A stretch of 63,750 nt of DNA, counting the filler. It is 4 parts of 4 records of this genome, joined end to end, with 100 filler letters (N's around TTAATTAATTAA, not from the genome) between each part and the next. Parts side by side here need not be neighbours in the genome. Positions count along the whole stretch, not along the records: positions 1 to 31,340 come from SRR20825019_931; positions 31,441 to 46,141 come from SRR20825019_933; 2 more parts are not named here. One strand, written 5' to 3'. The notes beneath the pieces are model-generated. The model did not search any database. It worked only from the letters and a program-made list of their open reading frames with translations, and was not told the origin of the DNA. Of the stretch, positions 31,226 to 41,177 are shown one piece after another (the first letter of the stretch is position 1; each line of letters opens with the position of its first letter). The position numbers were made by a program, and so were the translations under genes.

Positions 31226-31312
31226 CCATCCCAATCAAACGAAAGGGAATTGTTTTTTGTCAAGCTTATGATTTGAAGGTTGCAAAATCAAGTAAAAAAC
31301 AGACATACAAAT

Positions 31313-31340
31313 CGCGGGATAGAGCAGTAGGTAGCTCGTC
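31313..31340 (+). tRNA. tRNA 5' fragment, probably initiator tRNA-fMet, cut by the contig end
   Basis: CGCGGGATAGAGCAGTAGGTAGCTCGTC has the acceptor-stem 5' strand and D-arm typical of tRNA-fMet; anticodon not visible. Confidence 0.8.
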
Positions 31341-31440
31341 NNNNNNNNNNNNNNNNNNNNNNNNNNNNNNNNNNNNNNNNNNNNTTAATTAATTAANNNN
31401 NNNNNNNNNNNNNNNNNNNNNNNNNNNNNNNNNNNNNNNN
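31341..31440. other. Artificial contig linker
   Basis: N run with TTAATTAATTAA (stops in all six frames) at 31385-31396. Confidence 0.99.
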
Positions 31441-31453
31441 ACAGGTGGCACCA

Positions 31454-31912
31454 TCACTCCGAAATAGCCATAATGTTCTTGAACGTGTGAAATTTGTCAT
31501 CCTCGCCCAATAACAGCACGTTGGTGCTCTGAGTTTGGTTGATCACAAAATCCGTAATGCTTTCCCCAAAAATGCCCAATTTGGGCCTGCGCTTGCCCAA
31601 AACCAAAATATCAGGTTTTTGTAGGGCCAAATAGTCCCGCACGCGATGCTTTACGCGGCCATACTTCACTTTGTAACTGATGGGCAATTGTTCCTCCGCT
31701 CCCATTTTGTTGATCAATGCCTCGATTTCGGTTTGTGTAGCTACGTATTTGGGATTGGCTTGCCGACTTGCTTTCGAAGGTTGCACATGAAACACTTCTA
31801 CGGCTCCATCCATCTGTTTGGCCAGTTCCAAGGCACTGGTCAATACAAAGGCGGAATTTTTGGACATATCCAGCAATACCGCAATGCGGTATTTTTTCTG
31901 TGTAGGTTCCAT
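31454..31912 (-). CDS. Universal stress protein (single Usp domain, possibly truncated)
   Basis: IAVLLDMS, VFHV, PDILVLGKRR...GESITDFVI. Confidence 0.8.
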   Translation of the reverse strand: MEPTQKKYRIAVLLDMSKNSAFVLTSALELAKQMDGAVEVFHVQPSKASRQANPKYVATQTEIEALINKMGAEEQLPISYKVKYGRVKHRVRDYLALQKPDILVLGKRRPKLGIFGESITDFVINQTQSTNVLLLGEDDKFHTFKNIMAISE

Positions 31913-32045
31913 AGGCGTTTATTTATTGTGGTCACTTCTAAAGTTAGCATCAAACTACCTATGGGTCAGTGATTTAACGTTTGTTTGGCAAAAAAATATC
32001 AATTTGTCAAAAATCAACGTCCACAATTAATGGTTTGTCATCCCT

Positions 32046-33416
32046 TTAAAACAAATGTTTGATTTTTTTGACCAAATCCATGGAAATCGAATAGGGTGCG
32101 TAACGCAGGGGTACATCCAGCCAAGTGCCTCTTTTGGCAACGGATTTATGGTGGGAGAACAGCCCAAACGTATGTTTTCCGTGGTATCCCCCTATCCCCG
32201 ATGCCCCAACGCCGCCAAAGGGCAAATCCTTGTTGCTGATGTGCACCACCGTATCGTTAATGGCGCCCCCACCAAAGGAATAGCTGTTCATCAAACGTTT
32301 TTGAAACGTTTTGTTTTCCGAAAACACATAAAACGCCAACGATTTTGGGTACTTGGAAATATAGGTGTCCAGCTCGCTTTCCTCCGTATAACTGATAATG
32401 GGCAAGATGGGGCCAAATATTTCCCCTTGCATGATGGTACTGTCCAGTTCGGGTTCATCCACTAAAGTGGGCGCTATATATCGGTCTTTATCGGTAAAAG
32501 TGCCCCCAAACAGTACGGGCTGCCCTTGGAGCATCGCTTTAAGCTCCTCGTAGTGTTTGTCGGTAGCAATACGGGCAAAATCGCGGGAAGTTTCCATGTT
32601 TTCCCCATAAAAATCCGTGATATGCTGTTTTAGGTGCTTCACTAGTCCATCTTTCACGTTTTTGTGCACCAAAATGTAATCGGGAGCAATACAGGTCTGC
32701 CCGGCATTGATAAATTTCCCCCACGCAATGCGCTTGGCCGCCAATTTTATGGAGGCGGTATCATCCACAATACAGGGGTTTTTACCGCTCAGTTCCAAGG
32801 TTACGGGAGTCAAGTGTTTCGCAGCACTTTTATAGACGATCTTGCCCACTTTGGTGCTGCCCGTAAAAAAGATATATTCCCATTTTTCGGCCAGCAATTG
32901 TTGGGAGACCTCTACTCCACCCTCCACCACGGTCACATATTCGGGCGGAAACACTTTACGGATAATCCGGGCCAATATTTTGGAAGTATGTGTACTGAAC
33001 TCGGACGGTTTTAGTATGGCGGTGTTCCCGGCTGCCAAGGCACCTATCAATGGGGAAATGGCCAGCATAAACGGATAGTTCCAAGGCGAAATAATGAGCA
33101 CGTTGCCATAAGGTTCGGGCTGGATCCATTCCTTGGATGGAAAATTGGACCATGAAGCTGAAACCCGCTCGGGTTCGCTCCAGGATTCCACGTTTTTAAT
33201 GGCATGCTTCAGTTCCGAAAGTGCAAATTGGGTCTCGGTGGCAAGACTCTCAAACTTTGGTTTTTTAAAATCGGCATACAGCGCATCACAAATCGCATCT
33301 TCCTGATCTATGATCTCTTGTTGCAGTTTTTTGAGATACTGTTTTCTAAAGCTGACATCCTTGGTTTTCTGTGTGGCAAAAAAGTCGTTCTGAGCAGCTA
33401 CCAATTGCTTCACCAT
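32046..33416 (-). CDS. Aldehyde dehydrogenase (class 3-like)
   Basis: PWNYP, LKPSE, FTGS, LELSGKNP, GQTCIAPD, EIFGP, PFGGVG. Confidence 0.95.
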   Translation of the reverse strand: MVKQLVAAQNDFFATQKTKDVSFRKQYLKKLQQEIIDQEDAICDALYADFKKPKFESLATETQFALSELKHAIKNVESWSEPERVSASWSNFPSKEWIQPEPYGNVLIISPWNYPFMLAISPLIGALAAGNTAILKPSEFSTHTSKILARIIRKVFPPEYVTVVEGGVEVSQQLLAEKWEYIFFTGSTKVGKIVYKSAAKHLTPVTLELSGKNPCIVDDTASIKLAAKRIAWGKFINAGQTCIAPDYILVHKNVKDGLVKHLKQHITDFYGENMETSRDFARIATDKHYEELKAMLQGQPVLFGGTFTDKDRYIAPTLVDEPELDSTIMQGEIFGPILPIISYTEESELDTYISKYPKSLAFYVFSENKTFQKRLMNSYSFGGGAINDTVVHISNKDLPFGGVGASGIGGYHGKHTFGLFSHHKSVAKRGTWLDVPLRYAPYSISMDLVKKIKHLF

Positions 33417-33472
33417 AAACTGATTGTTTCTTTAAATATAGGCAAACTTGGGAACAGCATCTTCCATAAAAC

Positions 33473-33502
33473 AAAAAAGCATCGGGATTACCGATGCTTT
33501 TT
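33473..33502 (-). terminator. Intrinsic terminator
   Basis: AAAAAAGCATCGG-GATTA-CCGATGCTTTTT. Confidence 0.85.
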
Positions 33503-33522
33503 CATTACGTTGCTTAGTGTGT

Positions 33523-34314
33523 TTAAAGGGAAATCTCTTCGGTAGCCCCGTTTGGATAAATAAGCGTGGCCACATCGTCGCATTCACCATTTCCAAAGTC
33601 CACGGTAACGGCCAATCCATTTTTGGAAACCACCATGGTTCCGGTGGTCATATGCTCACAAGCTGCGCTACCTTGAAGGTCTTCCAAAGTTTCAACGGCA
33701 TAAACGTTTCCATCGGCTTCTACGTTCCAACTTCCGGAGATGGAAATCATGGTTCCCTCCAAGCTGTCACCAAAAGCAATGGTAAATGTTTTGGTACCGT
33801 TTTCGGAAATAACGGAGCCATCTTCCATTTCTATGGACATATCGCTGATAATGGAGAACGAAACCGAGGTTTGCTCTGTACTTGAGGAAATCTCAAATGT
33901 CCTGGTTCCATTTACTTTGATGTTCCCAACATAAAAATCTTGGTATGTGGCGGTAAAAGTAGTCATCTCGCTCCCTACTTCGTAGGTGGCAGTAACGGTT
34001 CCGTTTATGTTATCGGTACCATTGAGCACACAATTGTTGAAAGTTGCCACAAAACCTGTTTCGGTATATTCAGTGGAATAGCACTCACCTTCCTTGCCAA
34101 CGGTGGCACTTTCGTCCGAATCCCCGCCAATTATTTCCGCTAGGGCCGTATCAACAGCTCCGGCAATATCGTCGGTATTCAAAATAGTCTGTAATTCTGC
34201 TTGTGAAAGGGTTTCTCCATCACCGGACATCCCATCTTCGCTACACGATTGAAAGCCAAGAAAGGCAATGGTCAAAAAGGCGATGCTTAAATTTCGTAGA
34301 TTAAATTTCTTCAT
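33523..34314 (-). CDS. Hypothetical acidic beta-rich lipoprotein
   Basis: Lipobox FQSC-SED, C-terminal DFGNGECD. Confidence 0.8.
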   Translation of the reverse strand: MKKFNLRNLSIAFLTIAFLGFQSCSEDGMSGDGETLSQAELQTILNTDDIAGAVDTALAEIIGGDSDESATVGKEGECYSTEYTETGFVATFNNCVLNGTDNINGTVTATYEVGSEMTTFTATYQDFYVGNIKVNGTRTFEISSSTEQTSVSFSIISDMSIEMEDGSVISENGTKTFTIAFGDSLEGTMISISGSWNVEADGNVYAVETLEDLQGSAACEHMTTGTMVVSKNGLAVTVDFGNGECDDVATLIYPNGATEEISL

Positions 34315-34458
34315 GTTATTTGGTTATAGATGTGTTGGTAGAACAACGAAACACGTTCATTTTTAGTGTGAAGGAGCTTCTTCAATTCGATGAAATGCAG
34401 AGCGGATTGAACCTATTTCCTTGAAATTGTCTTAATTTCATCGAGCTAAAACAATCCC

Positions 34459-34935
34459 ATGGAAAAAATCAAATTACCTATCTTATTGATATTTATACTT
34501 GTATTGATGATGTCCTGCAGTGAGGATGGTGACAATGGTCAATCCGGATTTTCCAATGCAGAACTTGTAGGCACTTGGGTATTGGTAGAGGTTAATTTAA
34601 GTAGCGAAGTCGATGTGGATGGTGATGGCCAGGCATCTACTAATTTGATGGAAGAAGAGGATTGTGTGTCGGGGAGCCTAGTTTTTAATGCAGATACCAC
34701 CTACCAGTTTGAGCAATCTAGTTTTACCATCAATTCCATCACCAATAACAGGTATTATGTGGATTGTACCGGAACCAATCTTGCTACAGGTGCCTGGGCA
34801 AGCGATGGTTCCAATGTAGCTTTTCAAGGAAGCAGTATATTGAACAGCAATTTTGAATTGATGGGAGGCCAGCTCATTTGGAACAAAGATGAAGAATTGC
34901 CAGGAGTGTCATCCTATATCTATGAAAAACAATAG
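34459..34935 (+). CDS. Lipocalin-like lipoprotein
   Basis: Lipobox MMSC, LVGTW motif, DVDGDG loop. Confidence 0.75.
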   Translation: MEKIKLPILLIFILVLMMSCSEDGDNGQSGFSNAELVGTWVLVEVNLSSEVDVDGDGQASTNLMEEEDCVSGSLVFNADTTYQFEQSSFTINSITNNRYYVDCTGTNLATGAWASDGSNVAFQGSSILNSNFELMGGQLIWNKDEELPGVSSYIYEKQ

Positions 34936-34974
34936 TGTTGACTTGCCGCCCTAAGAAACACTAACCTTTTGCGT

Positions 34975-35613
34975 ATGGCTAAGTTATCGGCTTTAAGAGA
35001 TGAGATCAAAGAACATTTATTGCAGCAGATTCAAAATGGGGAATTACAAGAGGGCAAGACGATTAATTTGGCCGCTCTCTCCCGGGCAACGGGCATTAGT
35101 GTAACGCCCATTCGTGAAGCTTTGACCCAATTGGAGCAAGCCCAGGTGATACAAGCGGTGCCCAATCGTGGTTTTGTCATAGCCAAGCTTTCCAAACAAG
35201 AAGTCAAGAACTTAATTGAAATTGTGGCCCAATTGGAAGTGATGGCCTTGGAGAATTCAAAGTTTGAACCTGATGAAATGGATGCTTTGGCCAGAATGCA
35301 GTCCGAACTTGAAGCAACTACAACCATTCCAGAAGGATTACGGGCCAGATTCAATTTTCACAACCATTTGGTACAGCATTGCCCAAATAAAGTGCTCTTA
35401 CAAATTTTAAAGGACCTGAAAGTTCGGCTTCATTTTTATGAACACGATTTTATTAAAGATCATGGATTCTTCAAAAAACTAAGTACACAGACGCGTTCCG
35501 TGGTAGATGCCATACAAGAGGATAATGTTCCAACCGCTGCATTGATATTACGGATGCACTGGATGTCCATTTTGGAACATATTGAAGCGCAAATCAATGT
35601 TAAAAATGGTTAA
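34975..35613 (+). CDS. GntR family transcriptional regulator (FCD domain)
   Basis: GISVTPIREAL...PNRGF, FH...N, H-containing FCD helix. Confidence 0.92.
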   Translation: MAKLSALRDEIKEHLLQQIQNGELQEGKTINLAALSRATGISVTPIREALTQLEQAQVIQAVPNRGFVIAKLSKQEVKNLIEIVAQLEVMALENSKFEPDEMDALARMQSELEATTTIPEGLRARFNFHNHLVQHCPNKVLLQILKDLKVRLHFYEHDFIKDHGFFKKLSTQTRSVVDAIQEDNVPTAALILRMHWMSILEHIEAQINVKNG

Positions 35614-35671
35614 TCTTCTGATTGTCATACTAAAATAATTCTAATTTCGTTTTTAGGTAAAATAATTCACC

Positions 35672-35818
35672 ATGAATTACTTGAACAAAGAAATAGAATC
35701 ACGCACAAAAAGGAAGAAATCCAAATCACTGGTGAAAAGACAGATTTCTTGTGGAACTTTCCAAGATTTTGAAACCTTAGATCTGGACAATCATAAAAGG
35801 GCATTTCCAAAAAACTAA
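35672..35818 (+). CDS. Putative 48-aa small basic protein
   Basis: Manual translation MNYLNKEIESRTKRKKSKSLVKRQISCGTFQDFETLDLDNHKRAFPKN; fills the GntR-mobA gap. Confidence 0.4.
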   Translation: MNYLNKEIESRTKRKKSKSLVKRQISCGTFQDFETLDLDNHKRAFPKN

Positions 35819-36447
35819 CCTCCCTCCTGCTCCTTTAGCTTACTTTTTACAAATTTATAGTCCGACAATGAGTTGGCATTGAACAACACTTGCTTATTTT
35901 TAGGCTGAACAAGTAAAATCCCAGCATCCATTAGAAATTGTTTTGGGCTTGGATAATCGGAATTCTTTAGAAAATCAAGAGCTTCCTTCAATCCTTTCGG
36001 TTCCCAAATACAGCACAGGGGTTCAGGATTGCCCGTATCGGGGTTTTTAAAGGCGGTTGCAGATTTTTCAGAGTTTCTTTTCCCTATCAATTGCTGTAAC
36101 GACGGTAGGTCCATGAACGGTAAATCACAGGCAATCACCAACCATCCAACATTTGGGTGGGCGTCAAAAGCGCTCATTATACCATTAAAGGGACCGTTGT
36201 ATTTATCTTGGTCCACAACGGTCTTAAAGCTTGTTGGAGTTTCTGGTAACTGTTCTTGTCGTATACTCAGAAAAACACTATCGCAGACCTTTTTTAACAG
36301 GAAGTACAAATATTCCCGCTGAGGAGTTCCATGATAATTTACAAGTCCCTTGTCCTTGCCCATTCTTGAACTTTTGCCGCCGGACAGCACCAGCCCAAAT
36401 AATTGGGGCGCATGGTTTGCGGTTTTGGTGCTGTCTTCTGGATTCAA
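35815..36447 (-). CDS. mobA: Molybdenum cofactor guanylyltransferase
   Basis: LSGGKSSRMGKDK, GPFNGI, ACDLP, EPL, FNANS; TTG start. Confidence 0.88.
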   Translation of the reverse strand: MNPEDSTKTANHAPQLFGLVLSGGKSSRMGKDKGLVNYHGTPQREYLYFLLKKVCDSVFLSIRQEQLPETPTSFKTVVDQDKYNGPFNGIMSAFDAHPNVGWLVIACDLPFMDLPSLQQLIGKRNSEKSATAFKNPDTGNPEPLCCIWEPKGLKEALDFLKNSDYPSPKQFLMDAGILLVQPKNKQVLFNANSLSDYKFVKSKLKEQEGG

Positions 36448-36463
36448 GATTTTGTTTTAACTA

Positions 36464-36715
36464 TCATACCTGCGGTGGCGGTATCAGTGCAATTTCGTCA
36501 TACGAATTGATTTTGTCACCATCCGATGCGTAATTTTGATTCACGGCAACGGTCACCTGCGGTATGGATTTGAGTTCTGGATACGTATTTTCCAAAAATT
36601 TTTTGAGTTCACCTACAGTATTGGGTATTTTTTTTCCGGACAAGCTTGCCGTGGGCACGGACAACGTTGGAGTTCCAATAATATCTTTGGTAGCCCCGAA
36701 CAATAGTATAGTCAT
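36464..36715 (-). CDS. moaD: MoaD/ThiS family protein lacking the C-terminal Gly-Gly
   Basis: ILLFG...TVGELK...YPEL...VAVNQNYA...DEIALIPP, ending PQV* rather than VSGG*. Confidence 0.8.
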   Translation of the reverse strand: MTILLFGATKDIIGTPTLSVPTASLSGKKIPNTVGELKKFLENTYPELKSIPQVTVAVNQNYASDGDKINSYDEIALIPPPQV

Positions 36716-36924
36716 AATATCAACCTATTAGCGTTATTGTTTGTTTTGAATCTTGGTTAGATAGGCTGGTAGGTTATATTAAAAGGTGAAAATATTAAAA
36801 ATTGCCCGAACGCCTGTCATTTTAACAAGCAGGAATTTCTTTTAACTTTTCTTTAATTTAATTCTGGCCGTCATACATACTTTTCCTTTAAATTCGGCGT
36901 TTTGCATGCAGAACCTTAACTTAT

Positions 36925-38013
36925 ATGAAAATGAAAAATATACTTCGATTTACTTTCCTTATATCCCTTGGACTTATTTTATTCTCTTGTGGAAATGCTG
37001 ACGACGATGTGAGTTTTGACATTGATGACAGGGAGCTTGGTCTTGGAGAAGAGCCGGATGATTGCCTAGGTTTTGATGAAAATGAGATTCTATTGTCCAT
37101 TCAGGATGAATATACCACCCAACCCGGTAAGGTCTCTGTTCTTTTTAGAGTGTCCGACCTTATGGGCAATCCTATTTCGGGTCTATCCGCTGACCAATTC
37201 TCGATTTATGAACAAGGTAGGAACGATGATTGTTTTAACTCCATATCATCATCGGAGTCCTTCGCACGGATTTCCCCTAATTCACAGGTGTTCAACAACA
37301 ATACCCTCTTGGTATTGGATTTGAGCAACAGTGTTTTGGAAAGTAGTCTGGATGAATTAAAAGTAGCTACCACAAGTTTTATCAATAATGTAATGCCCGC
37401 GTCTGGTTCAGAATCCTTCAGAATGGCCATTTATTGGTTTGATGGAGAGGATGAACTTCACCTATTGAACCCATTGACGTTTTCTGTTGAAGAACTAATC
37501 GCTTCTGTGGACGGAATCACAACGGACATCAGCAGTGACCCATCAACAGATTTGTATGGTGCGGTAATCAAATCAACAAACATTGCCGAGGATTTACTGG
37601 ATGAAAATTCTGATGTGATCAACGCTGCTTCCGTGGTATTATTCACCGATGGTACCGACCAAGCCTCTCGTTATAGGGAGTCCGACGCCCTTCGTGCCGT
37701 AGAGGAAGCGGATAGAAACATTTCTTTCTTCTCTATTGGACTTGGTGCCGAAATCGACACCGAAGTTTTAGAGCAAATCGGGAAAACAGCCAGTGTGTTC
37801 GCCAGCAACTCCGAAGAGTTGGAAAACACTTTTAACGATATATCCGAACGCGTAGAGGAACAAGCTGGAAGCTATTATCTGTTCGAATATTGTACACCAA
37901 AACGTGATGGTAGTGGCGAAAGCAACTTGGTTATTCAGCTTACCCACAATGGCTTACAGGGAGCTGTACAGACCAGATTCAGCGCTAAAGGCTTTACGGG
38001 AGGTTGCGAGTAA
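36925..38013 (+). CDS. vWA domain lipoprotein
   Basis: Lipobox LFSC, MIDAS LVLDLSNS, STDLYGA, LFTDG, FSIGLG. Confidence 0.85.
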   Translation: MKMKNILRFTFLISLGLILFSCGNADDDVSFDIDDRELGLGEEPDDCLGFDENEILLSIQDEYTTQPGKVSVLFRVSDLMGNPISGLSADQFSIYEQGRNDDCFNSISSSESFARISPNSQVFNNNTLLVLDLSNSVLESSLDELKVATTSFINNVMPASGSESFRMAIYWFDGEDELHLLNPLTFSVEELIASVDGITTDISSDPSTDLYGAVIKSTNIAEDLLDENSDVINAASVVLFTDGTDQASRYRESDALRAVEEADRNISFFSIGLGAEIDTEVLEQIGKTASVFASNSEELENTFNDISERVEEQAGSYYLFEYCTPKRDGSGESNLVIQLTHNGLQGAVQTRFSAKGFTGGCE

Positions 38014-38085
38014 ATCAGCTGACTTGCCTGAACAGCTAATTTTAGGATTATACGTATCTTGTTCAGCAATAAACTGAACATAACT

Positions 38086-39033
38086 ATGATTAACCCTAGA
38101 AAAACGATTTACACCTTCATTTGCACCCTATTCTTAGGTTTTGCGAGTAGTCTTTATGCCCAACACATCAGTCCGTTAGAGGGACGGTGGGATTTGGAAA
38201 CGGATTTTATGGGCAAGACCTCCCCTTCTTGGTTGGAAATTAGACACTCCGGAAACGCTACTTTATTGGGGCGTTTTGTGTTTGCTTTTGGTAGCGCACG
38301 ACCCATTGCCGAAGTGGAAACCTATGGAGAAAACAAATTCACTTTTAGTATCCCCAATCAGTGGGAACCAAAAGGCAGCGATATGATTTTCCATGGTGAA
38401 TTGGATGGTGAAGAATTGAAAGGTACAATGATCTACACCGATGGTTCCATCATCAATTGGACCGGAGTTAAGGCACCTGAACTGGCTTATACCGAAAATC
38501 CAAAATGGGGAAAAACTATTGAGGTGTTCAACGGAAAGGATCTTACGGGCTGGCATGTAGATGGCGAAAAGAACCAATGGGTGATAAAGGATGGTATTTT
38601 AACTAGTCCAGAATCAGGTTCCAATTTAATTACTGATGAAAAATTCCAAGACTTTAAACTACATGTAGAATTCCGTTACCCAGAAGGTAGCAATAGCGGG
38701 GTTTATTTGCGCGGTCGCTACGAAGTTCAAATTGTGGATAGTGAAGGTTTGGAACCTGCCGATATCTATTTGGGCGGTGTTTACGGCTTTTTGGAACCCA
38801 ATCAGAATGCGTCCAAACCAGCAGGTGAATGGCAGACATACGATATTACCTTGATAGGACGAAGGGTAACGGTAACGCTTAACGGGAAAACCGTTATTTC
38901 CGATGCCACTATTCCCGGGATTACAGGAGGAGCTTTGGACAGTAAAGAAGGTGAGCCTGGCCCATTCATGATTCAGGGAGATCACGGACCTATTGAGTAT
39001 AGAGCTTTTGAAGTGACCCCATTAAAGAATTAA
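38086..39033 (+). CDS. DUF1080 (3-keto-disaccharide hydrolase-like) protein
   Basis: FNGKDLTGW, NSGVYLRG, GEWQ, IQGDHG. Confidence 0.9.
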   Translation: MINPRKTIYTFICTLFLGFASSLYAQHISPLEGRWDLETDFMGKTSPSWLEIRHSGNATLLGRFVFAFGSARPIAEVETYGENKFTFSIPNQWEPKGSDMIFHGELDGEELKGTMIYTDGSIINWTGVKAPELAYTENPKWGKTIEVFNGKDLTGWHVDGEKNQWVIKDGILTSPESGSNLITDEKFQDFKLHVEFRYPEGSNSGVYLRGRYEVQIVDSEGLEPADIYLGGVYGFLEPNQNASKPAGEWQTYDITLIGRRVTVTLNGKTVISDATIPGITGGALDSKEGEPGPFMIQGDHGPIEYRAFEVTPLKN

Positions 39034-39050
39034 GAATTCAGCATTCATAT

Positions 39051-39089
39051 AAAAAAAGCCCGATTATAGCAATCGGGCTTTTCTTTTTT
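39051..39089. terminator. Bidirectional intrinsic terminator
   Basis: AAAAGCCCGATT-loop-AATCGGGCTTTT between convergent genes. Confidence 0.88.
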
Positions 39090-39090
39090 C

Positions 39091-39690
39091 TTAATCCAAG
39101 GGGATAAGTTCTATGTTTCGCCATTTTACGCGAATACCACCTCCATCATGGATCTGTAATGCGATGGCACCTTCGCCCTCTCCAATTTTTTCATCTTCCA
39201 GATGAACCATTTCAACTCCATTGAGCCAAGAAGTTACCTCGGGACCTTCCACACGGATTTTCATGGTGTTCCACTCCCCCATTTTTAGGGCTTTGTCTTT
39301 TTCTGGGTCGGGCTTTATCAACCAACCACGACCGTAAGATTCGTAGATTCCACCAGTATCTTTTCCTGGAGGGGCAACCTCTACTTGCCAACCGGTTACT
39401 TTGGTACCTTCAAAAGTGGAACGGATAAAAACACCACTGTTACCGTCTGCCTCTTGTTTAAACTCCAAGGTCAACTCAAAATCCTTGTAGAATTTGTCTG
39501 TGGACAAATAGCCATATTCACCCTTAGGACCGCTTTCGCAGATGAGCTCTCCATCTTCCACAAACCACTTTTCTTCTCCATGATTGATCCAACCATCGAG
39601 GTTTTCACCGTTAAAAAGAGTAATGGACTCTTGTGCAAAAGTCAATTGTGCTGCCAACAGGCATAATCCTACTAAAATCTGTTTCTTCAT
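39091..39690 (-). CDS. DUF1080 (3-keto-disaccharide hydrolase-like) protein
   Basis: LFNGENLDGW, NSGVFIR, GEWN, IALQIH, WRNI. Confidence 0.9.
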   Translation of the reverse strand: MKKQILVGLCLLAAQLTFAQESITLFNGENLDGWINHGEEKWFVEDGELICESGPKGEYGYLSTDKFYKDFELTLEFKQEADGNSGVFIRSTFEGTKVTGWQVEVAPPGKDTGGIYESYGRGWLIKPDPEKDKALKMGEWNTMKIRVEGPEVTSWLNGVEMVHLEDEKIGEGEGAIALQIHDGGGIRVKWRNIELIPLD

Positions 39691-39728
39691 TTTTATGTGC
39701 TAAAAGGGTTATTTACTATTTCTAAAAT

Positions 39729-41177
39729 CTATTTGCCGTTAATCAGGCCGTTTCCTGTATTCTGTTGTTCCAAAGGCTTGGAAAGGTCTATCAAAAATCC
39801 ATTGACCACGGCATGGGTCAACTTTCCATCTTTCTTTAGAAAGAATGTCGGGTTTGCTCCCGGTTGCATGCTAAAACTTTTTAATTCAAATTTCTCATCT
39901 ACCAATATCAACGGAAAGTGTACAAAAGTGCTTTTTTCCGGCTTCTCCGTTTTTACATAGGCCACACCATCCTGCAACAACTGCATGGGATTATCGATTC
40001 GTGCCACCTTGGCCACCTTAGGCTGAACAATGGTATAACCTTCCGCATCAAAGGTTTTGTAGGCGTAATAAGTTGATAAATCTCCTTGGTCGGCAACCGA
40101 ACTTTTGTAATAGAACTCGTTGTGGTCTTTTAAATCTACCTCGTAGTTAATTATCCCCAAATCAATAATATAGTCATTGCCCAAAAGCTCATAGGTAACG
40201 TTCTCTATCTTCAAATCGAACAACATACGATTGTTGTGGGGAATTTTTTCGTAATCCTCAATGGGAATACCCTTGTACGATTGGTTGGCAATAGTGTACA
40301 AGGCCGAAAGAATGGAAACGTAGTTAAGCTTACGGATTTCTTGTTTCTCTGGGTCGCCGGGATAACCTCCGGATTCGATTAAAATAAGGCTAGTGCCCCA
40401 TTTGGCAATGTTGTCACCGAAGGCACGTGGCTCAAAATCATCGCTGTATCTTCCAACTTGCCCCGGCGCATAATTTTGAATGATCTTATCCATAAAAACA
40501 ATCACTTTCATGGCATTGGCCCTAACATCGTTGATGTCCTTCTCGTAATTATACGCTGTGGCGAGATAGGAAATAGTCGCCGGCTTATCGGTCCGTTCCG
40601 CATTGTAGTACTTGCTCTGATCATGAAGGTTAAAACCAAAATCGGCATCCAAACTATCTCGGAGACGCTTCAACGTTTGCCCTTCGGGCGACTGTAACCG
40701 CAGAGCATCCCGATTGATATCGATTCCCAAGGCATTTCTTCTCGTAAATACTTCGGCGCCATCTGGGTTGAGCATTGGTAAAAAGTGAAGTTTTAACTTG
40801 GATAGGATTGCTTCCTTCTCTTCCTTGAATTCAGGGGCATCCAAAAAATTAAGGATGTCAAAAATAGCTTGGGTGGCCGTGGGCTCGTCACCGTGCATTT
40901 GGGACCATAAAAATATATTGCTGTCCCCGGAACCAATGCTTACCAAGTGTAAATCCCGCCCTTGAATGGACTCTCCTACTTTTTGGACTTCAAATTTAGG
41001 GTTCGCCTTGAATTTTTCGATCAAGGGTTGAATGTCGGCGTGTTTTATCCTCCGTTTCCCGATGCTCGATTCTTTGTAATCATCATATGTTTCGTATAGC
41101 TTGGAGGTAAGTTCGTCCTGAGCCTGCACATTACAAACTAGAAGGAAGACAGCCGAAAGAAAAAGTTGCTTTATCAT
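39729..41177 (-). CDS. M14 family zinc metallopeptidase
   Basis: GESIQGR, MHGDE, NPDG, RRNA..DINRD, NLHDQ. Confidence 0.9.
   Translation of the reverse strand: MIKQLFLSAVFLLVCNVQAQDELTSKLYETYDDYKESSIGKRRIKHADIQPLIEKFKANPKFEVQKVGESIQGRDLHLVSIGSGDSNIFLWSQMHGDEPTATQAIFDILNFLDAPEFKEEKEAILSKLKLHFLPMLNPDGAEVFTRRNALGIDINRDALRLQSPEGQTLKRLRDSLDADFGFNLHDQSKYYNAERTDKPATISYLATAYNYEKDINDVRANAMKVIVFMDKIIQNYAPGQVGRYSDDFEPRAFGDNIAKWGTSLILIESGGYPGDPEKQEIRKLNYVSILSALYTIANQSYKGIPIEDYEKIPHNNRMLFDLKIENVTYELLGNDYIIDLGIINYEVDLKDHNEFYYKSSVADQGDLSTYYAYKTFDAEGYTIVQPKVAKVARIDNPMQLLQDGVAYVKTEKPEKSTFVHFPLILVDEKFELKSFSMQPGANPTFFLKKDGKLTHAVVNGFLIDLSKPLEQQNTGNGLINGK

Noticed and set aside
31204-31392. 62-aa ORF running into the gap
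   Set aside because: Covers the tRNA promoter, leader and tRNA 5' end
38086-39690. Two convergent DUF1080 genes as a recent inverted duplication
   Set aside because: Proteins differ strongly in length and sequence; multiple paralogues are normal in Bacteroidota
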